Made by a program: the position numbers and the translations under genes
The notes under the pieces: generated by a model
What the model saw: the letters and a program-made list of their open reading frames with translations, nothing else
Told to the model about the DNA's origin: nothing
The model's database searches: none
Shown here: piece by piece, positions 20,376 through 28,759 of the stretch
Position numbering within the stretch: the stretch's first letter is position 1
How the letters are laid out: each line of letters starts with the position of its first letter
Origin: Promethearchaeota archaeon
Lineage (GTDB): Archaea > Asgardarchaeota > Lokiarchaeia > Sigyniarchaeales > SOKP01
DNA: 64,000 nucleotides
Assembly: GCA_030603385.1 (NCBI GenBank)
Contig: JAUVXW010000002.1
Coordinates: 32,001 to 96,000 of the forward strand
Reading direction: 5' to 3'

Positions 20376-21371
20376 TCATGTTTTATTTTTCCATTTGTTA
20401 AAAGAGCCAAATCCCTCGACTTTTGAAATAACTTGTTTTGTATTTTTATTAAAATTAATTGAGAGAAAATAGGAAGATTTGTTTCGTTTTAGGGATTTAT
20501 GTTGTATACCGTGTGAATAACTTTCAGCCAAAATTAGAACAACATTAATTAAATCTTCACTTTCATGAATAAAAGGAATTATTAGACTCCACTTATGAAA
20601 GAACCTATATTCAGAACTAATTCTTTTAGCTAATTCATAAAAAATCATTTGATTTGAGTCTTTTAAAATAGTCTGATTTACGATGTCTTGCTTTTTCAAG
20701 GAAAAAATAAATCTCTTTTTTAATTTAAATGTGAGGTTGTTATTAGTATTATCATTCTCATAAATTAAATAGAAGAATGGCAAAAAACCAGGGATGTATT
20801 GCTGATTCTTAGGTAAGCTTACTTGAATTATGATTCTTAGTAAAGTTCGAATTCCAAAATAAATAAGGTAAATATATAAGTAGAAAAAAGCAAGATCCAT
20901 AAATACATTATAATAGGGTTTTGTATAGTAATATATAATTAGAACTAAAAGATTTAAACCAGAAAAAGCAGCTAATAATGGGTTGACTGCTCTATCAGCA
21001 AAAAAGCGATACTCTTTTTTGGAAATGGGGTAAATAATCGGTATTTTTGAAGCAGCAAAGAAATCTAAGGAGATATGAATACTATAACCTATAAATCCTG
21101 CGAGCCAGACCTCAGAAAATGAAATATTTCTTAATAGAGATACAACAAAACCAACTATTCCCGTAAAAAATATTCCGACGATATATGAATGGGAACCTGC
21201 TTTATGGGAAAAAAAGTACATTTTCCGTATTTTTTGAAGTGGTTCTAAGAATACATCAAAATCCGGCAGAAATGTCATTATCCATAATAGGATAATCGCT
21301 TCTGGACTAAAAGTAGTTAATGTGAATAATCCCGCTAATACTCCCATAAATATATGTGTGAAAATATCCAT
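20376..21371 (-). CDS. membrane-bound metal-dependent hydrolase (YdjM-like)
   Basis: DIFTH, LPDFD, HKAGSHS, HISLD. Confidence 0.82.
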   Translation of the reverse strand: MDIFTHIFMGVLAGLFTLTTFSPEAIILLWIMTFLPDFDVFLEPLQKIRKMYFFSHKAGSHSYIVGIFFTGIVGFVVSLLRNISFSEVWLAGFIGYSIHISLDFFAASKIPIIYPISKKEYRFFADRAVNPLLAAFSGLNLLVLIIYYYTKPYYNVFMDLAFFYLYIYLIYFGIRTLLRIIIQVSLPKNQQYIPGFLPFFYLIYENDNTNNNLTFKLKKRFIFSLKKQDIVNQTILKDSNQMIFYELAKRISSEYRFFHKWSLIIPFIHESEDLINVVLILAESYSHGIQHKSLKRNKSSYFLSINFNKNTKQVISKVEGFGSFNKWKNKT

Positions 21372-21445
21372 ATAAGGTTTAAAAATAAGACGATATATTT
21401 ATACAATTCTATTAAATTTATAATTTATAGGAGGCTTTCCTATTG

Positions 21446-21480
21446 TCAATCTTTCACTAGCGTTTATTGAAAGACTTCAT
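21446..21480 (-). ncRNA. candidate eukaryote-type SECIS element
   Basis: Minus strand AUGA-AGUCUUUCA-auAAAcgcuag-UGAAAGAUU-GA: 9-bp helix, tandem GA core, AAA 11 nt after AUGA; begins 8 nt after the TAA at 21489. Confidence 0.75.
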
Positions 21481-21488
21481 TCAAATTA

Positions 21489-21965
21489 TTATATGTTTCT
21501 TTTGAGTTCAAAATAATGAGTAAAAGTTTCATTGTTTTTTCCATAGTTTTGCTTAATGATTTTTTTAAATGTACCATAATCTAATCGTTCTTTCATAACA
21601 TCAGCTCATCAATCTGCATGGACTACAATAGTAATATTACTATTGGGATATAATTTAGTTTTAATATCTTCTTGTAAGTTCATAAATTCTCTATTTGGAC
21701 CATATGCGTTTACAGCACAGTCCTCATAAATTCTATCCTCCGCTCCATCCCAAATCAACTGCAAATAGCTATGAATCAAACCCTTATATACGGGGAATAG
21801 AGAACCTTCAGGATTCATATAGATTTGTTTATCTATAGCGCTTAGCGCGTTAACAATAGTTCCATTGTCATCTATATTTATCTCATATTCTCGTCCCTTT
21901 GACAACTTTTTTTCAGGGTCGGGAGCAAAAATTGTTATGTTCACTTTCTTAATTTTAATAATCAC
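21489..21965 (-). CDS. putative selenoprotein (beta-grasp-like fold, ADUU motif, 158 aa if both UGA are read as Sec)
   Basis: ORF-track stop is TGA (21609-11) followed by TGA (21606-08); frame stays open 38 codons (ADVMKERLDYGTFKKII...) to TAA TAA; SECIS-like hairpin immediately downstream. Confidence 0.7.
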
Positions 21966-21988
21966 CTCTAAATAATAATAAAAATAAA

Positions 21989-22396
21989 TTAAATAAGCCC
22001 TTTAGCTTTCAAGAGCCTTGGTAATTCTCTCTTTAGAGTAAATGAAGAAGAAAACTTTTTCTCTCCATCAACTACAATACATTTATTATGTAAATTAAGA
22101 TTTCTTGCTTCTACTGAATTAAGATTCTTAGTATCATAATCGATGTGTTTAATATAGGGTGTAAGTTCGACAAATACTCGATTCATAAACTTGTCCCACT
22201 CACAAGTGCATGCATCTAATGGAACGTAAATGTCAACTTTCAATTTTCCATTATTTTCTTCATTATCTGAGCTACATTTATTTTGAGAACATTGCGTATC
22301 TGAGTGAGCACTACAAGAGTGTCCTGAATAATCTGGCGATGCACGAATTTCTTTCATAACTTCCTCTATTGTTTTATCTATTTCATCATCAGACAT
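21989..22396 (-). CDS. thioredoxin-like CxC protein with Cys/His-rich N-terminus (arsenic cluster)
   Basis: HSCSAHSDTQCSQNKC; VDIYVPLDACTCEW...CIVVDG; directly downstream of acr3. Confidence 0.65.
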   Translation of the reverse strand: MSDDEIDKTIEEVMKEIRASPDYSGHSCSAHSDTQCSQNKCSSDNEENNGKLKVDIYVPLDACTCEWDKFMNRVFVELTPYIKHIDYDTKNLNSVEARNLNLHNKCIVVDGEKKFSSSFTLKRELPRLLKAKGLI

Positions 22397-22468
22397 ATCT
22401 TAGTGTTTCCTCTTTTTTATTTATTAATAACTCTTCTAAAAAATATATTTTTTAGGTATTTTTATTTA

Positions 22469-23503
22469 TTATGATTCCCAAAAACCTCGTTTTCTGAGAT
22501 ATCGTCCTAAATAGACAATTGAAAGCATCACAGGTATCTCCCAAAAAAGCCCCATTGTAGTCCCTAAAGCTGCCCATGATCCAATTCCATAAATGGCAAT
22601 AGCAGTAGCAATCGCAATTTCAAAATGACTAGAAGAACCGATTATGACCGTGATAATTGCCTCTCTATACTTCAATTTAATGAGTTTTGTAATTAAAATA
22701 TTGTACCCAACAACAATAACAAACCCTACTAAGAGAGGAATTGATATTATTAACAATAAATCAGGATTACGTATCAGAACATCACCATTTAATGAAAATA
22801 AGACAACTAAAGTTGTTAGTAAGGCAATAATTGATATATTTCCTACAATTGGACGATAAGCGTTATTAAACCAATCTTCACCTTTAGAAGATACAATCAA
22901 TCTTTTACTGATTAATCCCCCTAATAACGGAAGTCCTATAAAAATGAATGTCGAAATTAATAAAAGAAACCAATTAATTGGTATATTTTGAATACCTGTT
23001 AGCAGCATTACCATAGGAGCATAACCAAATATAATTGTTATGGTATTTAGGCTTGTATTAATCACATTTTGCTCTTGGTTACCTTTTGCCATCCAACCCC
23101 ACACTAAAACCATTGCAGTGCAAGGAGAACTGGAGAGTAAAATAATTGCAACAGTTAACTGTCTCATAGTTTCAGAACTACCAGGTAAAAAGATATTCAC
23201 CATCGCCAAGCCAACAAACGGAGCAATAATCCAATTAGAAATAATTGTTAAAATTATTGGTTTAGGATTTCTACCTAATTTTTTCAACTCAGAAGCTTGA
23301 AGATTCAGCATTGCTGGATACATCATTAAAAATAAACAAATCCCAACAGGTACAGAAATTCCACCAATCTGTAAAGAATCAATAGCTTCACTGATACCGG
23401 GGATAATTTGAGAAAAGATAATTCCGATAAGTATACATAGAGCAACCCAAAGGGGCAAGAATTTCTCAAAAAAACTGATTGTGCGACCTTCTTCTTCGCT
23501 CAT
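22469..23503 (-). CDS. acr3: Acr3 family arsenite efflux transporter
   Basis: MMYP, NWIIAP, SPCTAMVLVW, SSHFEIAIA, EIPVML. Confidence 0.93.
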   Translation of the reverse strand: MSEEEGRTISFFEKFLPLWVALCILIGIIFSQIIPGISEAIDSLQIGGISVPVGICLFLMMYPAMLNLQASELKKLGRNPKPIILTIISNWIIAPFVGLAMVNIFLPGSSETMRQLTVAIILLSSSPCTAMVLVWGWMAKGNQEQNVINTSLNTITIIFGYAPMVMLLTGIQNIPINWFLLLISTFIFIGLPLLGGLISKRLIVSSKGEDWFNNAYRPIVGNISIIALLTTLVVLFSLNGDVLIRNPDLLLIISIPLLVGFVIVVGYNILITKLIKLKYREAIITVIIGSSSHFEIAIATAIAIYGIGSWAALGTTMGLFWEIPVMLSIVYLGRYLRKRGFWES

Positions 23504-23559
23504 GTTATCACGTTTTATTGATGTAATTTAATAGTAAATTTATATATTTAAAAAAATAA

Positions 23560-23583
23560 ATAGACAAATTTAAATTTATCTAT
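23560..23583. promoter_or_regulatory. candidate ArsR operator (12-12 inverted repeat)
   Basis: ATAGACAAATTT/AAATTTATCTAT, 11 of 12 symmetric, between divergent acr3 and arsR. Confidence 0.5.
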
Positions 23584-23624
23584 ATGATATTATATAGCAT
23601 ATATAGACAGATTTTACAATAATT

Positions 23625-23975
23625 ATGGTTGAACAGAATAAAGACGATATTAAAACACTAATCGAATGTATTGGATTAGATGTAGATGTTCATGAATATA
23701 TAAAAAGTCTAGAAAAAAGCCGTAATGAGATTTTATCAAGAAAAGATTTTAAAGAAAAAGTGATTTCTCATAAAGCACTTGGTCATGGGTCAAGATATTT
23801 AATCTATAATCTAATTAAGAAAAAAGAAATGTGTATATGTGAACTTTCTATGATTATAGATTTAACTCAACCAACTATCTCTCATCATGTAAAAATATTG
23901 GAACAGGCTGGGTTGATAAATGGAGTAAAAAGTGGAAAGTTTATTCATTATCAAGTAAAAAAAAATATCGATTAA
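23625..23975 (+). CDS. arsR: ArsR/SmtB family As(III)-responsive repressor
   Basis: EMCICEL, TQPTISHH, LEQAGLI; divergent from acr3. Confidence 0.9.
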   Translation: MVEQNKDDIKTLIECIGLDVDVHEYIKSLEKSRNEILSRKDFKEKVISHKALGHGSRYLIYNLIKKKEMCICELSMIIDLTQPTISHHVKILEQAGLINGVKSGKFIHYQVKKNID

Positions 23976-24123
23976 TGATAATCTAAAAGTTGAATTTTTA
24001 TTTCCTTACTGTAGGAACTAATAGTTTATAATTATTAAATTTAAAAGCTAACTTGCTTATTTTGATCGTAATCTAAAATTTAGGTTTACTTGACATGGAA
24101 TTTTATATAAATCAACAAAAAAT

Positions 24124-24387
24124 GTGAAAATAATGGCGAAACTGGTTCCAGATACCGAAGAAAGCATGAATGAATGCAGAAAATTCTGCGGACCTTGTCC
24201 CTCGTTTAAACCAAACAAACTCAATGAGTTTGAGCCACACGCCCTGTTTTGTTCCAGAGGACAAACTGAAAAACCTATGGATCAAGTAGAAGATAAAGGT
24301 TGTAGTTGTTTTGGATGTGGATTATTCTCTCAATATGAGTTAAAGGGTGGATATTTCTGCATGCACGGAATTGAGGGAAGAAAATAA
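24124..24387 (+). CDS. DUF2769-like Cys-rich protein
   Basis: CGPCPSF...LFCSRG...GCSCFGC...GYFC. Confidence 0.75.
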   Translation: MKIMAKLVPDTEESMNECRKFCGPCPSFKPNKLNEFEPHALFCSRGQTEKPMDQVEDKGCSCFGCGLFSQYELKGGYFCMHGIEGRK

Positions 24388-24406
24388 AGATTAAAAAATT
24401 CTTTCA

Positions 24407-24420
24407 TTTTTTTTTTTTTT
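24407..24420 (+). terminator. oligo-T archaeal terminator
   Basis: 14-T run about 20 nt after the stop codon. Confidence 0.5.
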
Positions 24421-24491
24421 ATTTGATGAATAAGAATTTTTATTAAATATCACCATGAATATTTTAAATGAACAAGTATTTCAAAAATTAA

Positions 24492-24584
24492 TGAGAATTA
24501 ATAATCAGAACCAGGTAGGATTTCTTACCTTTAATTGCTGTATTTTTGGTTGTTGTTGTTAAACAACAGTTTCATTAATTCTCA
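24492..24584 (+). promoter_or_regulatory. candidate structured leader RNA upstream of cysteine synthase
   Basis: 11-bp outer stem TGAGAATTAAT/ATTAATTCTCA enclosing three further stems with G-U pairs on the + strand. Confidence 0.4.
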
Positions 24585-24648
24585 CTTAACCATCAAAATT
24601 TATTCTCTCAAATAACACTTGTTTGGTTAAAATTGTAGAATTTTAATT

Positions 24649-25665
24649 ATGAATACTAAAATTAGGGATGTCAAAATGAAGTCAGCATCATATAATAATA
24701 GAAAAGGGAAAATAGGGATAAATAACAAATTACGAGTATATGAAAGAATTGAAGATTTAATTTCAAATAGAGAAAATCCTTCACCGTTAGTTAAATTGAA
24801 TGAAAGAATTAATCCGAATAAAAGATTTCCAATTTACATCAAATTGGAACGTTATAATCCTTTTGGATCAATTAAAGATAGGGTTGCTTATGCTATGCTT
24901 AAAGATGTTATATTTAAGGAGGGACAACGTATCATAGAGCCTTCATCTGGAAACACAGGAATAGCATTAGCTTCTTTAGCGAACGCAAGAGGGATTCCTA
25001 TTGAAATTGCTGTACCAAGTAGAATTCCAGAAGAAAAAAAAATACTTTTAAAATTACTTGGTGTGAAAGAATTATGGGAAGCTGATGATAACCTATGCCC
25101 TAAATTCCCTAACGAAGGCGCAAGAGGTGTAGTAAATGGAATTTTAATTAGTAAGGGAGGAGAACGATATTTTAATCCAGATCAATATGGAAATGACTTA
25201 AATGTAGAGGCTCATTATAGAACCACAGGTCCGGAAATCTGGGAGCAAACCAATGGAGAAATTGATTATTTTTTCGCAGCTACAGGTACAGGTGGCACTA
25301 TTACGGGAGTTGGGAAATATTTAAAAGAAAAAAAGCCGTCTATTAAAATTTTAGGGGTAGAACCATCAAATACAATACATAATATACCTGGTTTGAAGAG
25401 AATAACTGACCTTGATGATGAATTAATTCCGAAAATTTTAGATAAATCGGTAATTGATGAAATCTTAGAGGTAAGTGATGATAGAGCATATCAAACTGGT
25501 ATTGAATTGGCAAGGAAAAATGGTATCCTGGTAGGCCCTTCTACAGGTGCGATTTTAGCTGCCGCTCTGAAATTTGCTAAATCTCATGTCGGGTTAGCTG
25601 TTATTATTGCACCTGATGATGCTGCCAAATATATTAGTTCTTATGCGCCGTACATTAAAAAATAA
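24649..25665 (+). CDS. cysteine synthase family PLP enzyme
   Basis: NPFGSIKDR, EPSSGNTG, GTGGT, GPSTGA, PDDAAKY. Confidence 0.92.
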   Translation: MNTKIRDVKMKSASYNNRKGKIGINNKLRVYERIEDLISNRENPSPLVKLNERINPNKRFPIYIKLERYNPFGSIKDRVAYAMLKDVIFKEGQRIIEPSSGNTGIALASLANARGIPIEIAVPSRIPEEKKILLKLLGVKELWEADDNLCPKFPNEGARGVVNGILISKGGERYFNPDQYGNDLNVEAHYRTTGPEIWEQTNGEIDYFFAATGTGGTITGVGKYLKEKKPSIKILGVEPSNTIHNIPGLKRITDLDDELIPKILDKSVIDEILEVSDDRAYQTGIELARKNGILVGPSTGAILAAALKFAKSHVGLAVIIAPDDAAKYISSYAPYIKK

Positions 25666-25723
25666 GCGAAAAAGTACTTTTAAATCAAAATATTGATATG
25701 GGTTTTATCTATCTTGTTATCAA

Positions 25724-27127
25724 TTAGGAAGTTTTCTTCTTTAATTTTAGTTTTCTAAGGAAGTATAAACTAATTAAATAGAATATACCCATAGATGATA
25801 AAGTTAAAGTTATTATCGTTGAGTTCTCTGCATTAGCTCCCGTGAGGATAAAGCCAATCATAAGGGACGTAAATGATTGACCTATAGATAAAATAAAAGA
25901 GCTTATACCAAAATAGGCACCGGATATATTAGACACTGCGATATCTAAAGTATGCACATTGCTATTTTCAGCAGCTTCATATACTAATGTGCTAGCTAGT
26001 GGAGGGTTAAAAAGACCGAAACCATACATAGAGCCTAAAATTGTACCAATAGTTACTACAAATAAAAATATTTTAAGAATAGTTGGTAAGCCATCAATTA
26101 AAAAGATTAAATCTAACAATGCAGAAACAGCTGAAGCTAAAATGCAAATTGTATAGGTCTTAATTACAGCATGTTTTTTGAGGATTCTTCGCCAAATAAT
26201 AAATCCTATAAACTTGCTAGTTGCTGAAATTATTATATAAATGTAAAATGCTCCTCCCGTGAAAAGAAGAGTAAATGTGAGAAACGGTATAACCATCATT
26301 CCTAATATTCTGCCTGACATTGCATTAAAAAGTCTTACTGAGAGAAATTTTCGATATTTCTTATCTTTTAAAGGTTCGATCATTTGTGGAAAAAATGATT
26401 TGAAACTTACTTTTTTGGTTATAGATGAAGATTTGTCATGAAAATTCTCATCAATTGAGAAAAAAGTAATGATTACCGCAATTAATCCAAAAAGTGTGAA
26501 ACTTATTCCTACCCATGGTATATACCTAAGAATTATTCTTCCTGAAGGTTCCCACCATTTAACATTTCCAGGATCTGGTAAAATACTCTGCACCATCAAG
26601 GGTAATAGGAGGGAAAAAATAGAAGAGATAATACGAAAAAAAGTAGTTACAGCGGCTATTTTTTCTCTGTTTTTATGTGTTTGTGATTGTTCTGTTAACA
26701 TAGAAAGATGTACAGTTAATATCGAAGAACCTGATATTGTTTTTAAAATTAAAATTCCCCATAAAAAAACGGCTGTAGGTAAATACAATTGATTGTTCTG
26801 AGGACATTTGGGTGGAAACCAGATTATAATACTTGTGAAAATCCAAAGGGGTAACCCATAAAGCATAAAAGGTCTGCGTTTACCAAATCTTCCTGGTTTC
26901 TTATTATCTGCAACTACCCCAAAAAATATGGAGGAGAATGCCGAAACAATAAGCTGTATGGAAATCCCTACTGAAGTGAGTATTGAATCTAAATTGATAG
27001 TGTAAACATAAAATTGGAAAACAAACACTCCAGCAAACATATTTGTCAGAATTATACCAAATTGACCCCAAGCATAACCTAATAGTCGTTTTCCATGTAG
27101 TTCACGTGGTGAAATATCATTACCCAT
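25724..27127 (-). CDS. MFS transporter (GPH family)
   Basis: DNKKPGRFGKRRPF; about 12 TM. Confidence 0.88.
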   Translation of the reverse strand: MGNDISPRELHGKRLLGYAWGQFGIILTNMFAGVFVFQFYVYTINLDSILTSVGISIQLIVSAFSSIFFGVVADNKKPGRFGKRRPFMLYGLPLWIFTSIIIWFPPKCPQNNQLYLPTAVFLWGILILKTISGSSILTVHLSMLTEQSQTHKNREKIAAVTTFFRIISSIFSLLLPLMVQSILPDPGNVKWWEPSGRIILRYIPWVGISFTLFGLIAVIITFFSIDENFHDKSSSITKKVSFKSFFPQMIEPLKDKKYRKFLSVRLFNAMSGRILGMMVIPFLTFTLLFTGGAFYIYIIISATSKFIGFIIWRRILKKHAVIKTYTICILASAVSALLDLIFLIDGLPTILKIFLFVVTIGTILGSMYGFGLFNPPLASTLVYEAAENSNVHTLDIAVSNISGAYFGISSFILSIGQSFTSLMIGFILTGANAENSTIITLTLSSMGIFYLISLYFLRKLKLKKKTS

Positions 27128-27456
27128 AATAAAATAATTAATTAATCTAAAAATAAAATTATGATTTTTATTTAGAGAAGATTTTCAAGGAATATTTTTG
27201 GTAGAACATTATACAGTAAATTAGAAAATATCTTTTCTCTAATTATTTTATTTATACCTCATGGATAATGACTTAACAAGAAGCAATATAGAAGAAATAA
27301 AAACTCATAAAATATTTTAGAGTTTATGAAATAGATTACTATTATATAAATTTAATGGTTTTTGTCGGGGATGTATTTACCACTAAATATAATTAACGCT
27401 AAATATATATGTGTAAATGGTCTTTAAAATAGTGTTCATAAAAATCAATGTAAGTA

Positions 27457-28737
27457 TTGTTGAAATTTCCTATGAAAGATTTAAGCGAGATTCCAGAATT
27501 TTCAAGGTATTTTCGAGTGATTTTACCATCTAAACTTGAAGTTAATAGAGAGGAGATCTTTTATCGGGACAAATATAATGATATAATCAATTATATTAAG
27601 ACAATGTCCACATTTAATAGTGAAAATGTCTTAAAAGAGTATATTTCACCTAAAGGTGCTGTGTTAATAAATGTTAATCCTGGAACGGATATATTAGAAT
27701 TTATAAAGTTAATCTCGATGAATTACTCGTTAGAGTTAATTGAGTTTAACGATAATGAGATAAAAAAGGCTCCAGATAAGTTTATAAAAAGCTTTACGCC
27801 AATTTTAAAAGCAATTAGAGAAAATTCTGATAAAGAAACCGATCTAAAATCTGAAAAAGAAGAAACAAATAAGAATTTGGTTGATTCTGACGATATACTT
27901 GAAAAAAAATTATTGGTAATTAATCAACAATTAAATTTCAAGACCTTATTAAAAGAAACCAATTTGCTTGAAGTTTTCACAACCTCACAAAAAGAGGTTA
28001 TTTTCAATTTTATTGAAACTAATGTAATTTTAATATGGATTAATTATGATATTCGAGATATTATAGAAATCTCATCAAAGGTTTATGATTCTTTTGATTT
28101 ATTTATAAAAGTTCAGTTATTAAATAAGATCGAAAGGGAAACTGTATTTAGAGATTTTTTGGAGAAGAATCCAAAAATAGTTTTTGATATAAATGCGTTG
28201 GTCAATTATACTGATAATTGGGAAGTAAAGGATATAAAACAATTACTAAAGGTTGGCATTTTTAAACACTTTTTAAATTCAGAACTAAATGAAACAAGTA
28301 ATGAGATTACTCATATTCTACTTGATTTGATAGATTCTGGTGAGTTTTTACCTTCTATCATACCAAAGATTTCAAATGATAAACAAGTTGCAGGAGAAGA
28401 TAAAAAAAATAAACATGTAATAAAAAATATAGCAAAAATAGAAGAGGAACAATTTAATAAAACTAATAATGTAAAAGATTATATTTATAGTATTCGAGAA
28501 TCACGCATATCAGAATTTATGTTAAGTCAGCTATATGAAAATGCTGCTTTTATGAATTACAATGAACTTTTGCTCATAATTGATAAAATTGACAAGAAAG
28601 AGTTATTGGAAGACAATGATAGGAAATTACTAGCAAGGTATCCTTTTATTTTAAATGAATCCCCCAATAAGGCACTAATTAATTTGGAAAAGGCTAAAAA
28701 GAGAGTTGATCGCATAAAACAAGCCTTTGGTAAATGA
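27457..28737 (+). CDS. degenerate (probably inactive) AAA+ domain protein
   Basis: SPKGAVLINVNPGTD aligns by eye to PPKGVLLxGPPGTGK without GK; lid-like FDLFIKVQLLNKIERETVF...TDNWEVKDIKQL. Confidence 0.6.
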   Translation: MLKFPMKDLSEIPEFSRYFRVILPSKLEVNREEIFYRDKYNDIINYIKTMSTFNSENVLKEYISPKGAVLINVNPGTDILEFIKLISMNYSLELIEFNDNEIKKAPDKFIKSFTPILKAIRENSDKETDLKSEKEETNKNLVDSDDILEKKLLVINQQLNFKTLLKETNLLEVFTTSQKEVIFNFIETNVILIWINYDIRDIIEISSKVYDSFDLFIKVQLLNKIERETVFRDFLEKNPKIVFDINALVNYTDNWEVKDIKQLLKVGIFKHFLNSELNETSNEITHILLDLIDSGEFLPSIIPKISNDKQVAGEDKKNKHVIKNIAKIEEEQFNKTNNVKDYIYSIRESRISEFMLSQLYENAAFMNYNELLLIIDKIDKKELLEDNDRKLLARYPFILNESPNKALINLEKAKKRVDRIKQAFGK

Positions 28738-28759
28738 AATGTAATAGGATGAGGTAAAG

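Noticed and set aside
21489-21596. Independent 35-aa ORF starting at ATG 21596
   Set aside because: It is exactly in frame with the upstream ORF across TGA-TGA, contains no UGA itself, and yet is followed by a SECIS-like hairpin. Read-through is more parsimonious, though this alternative is not excluded.
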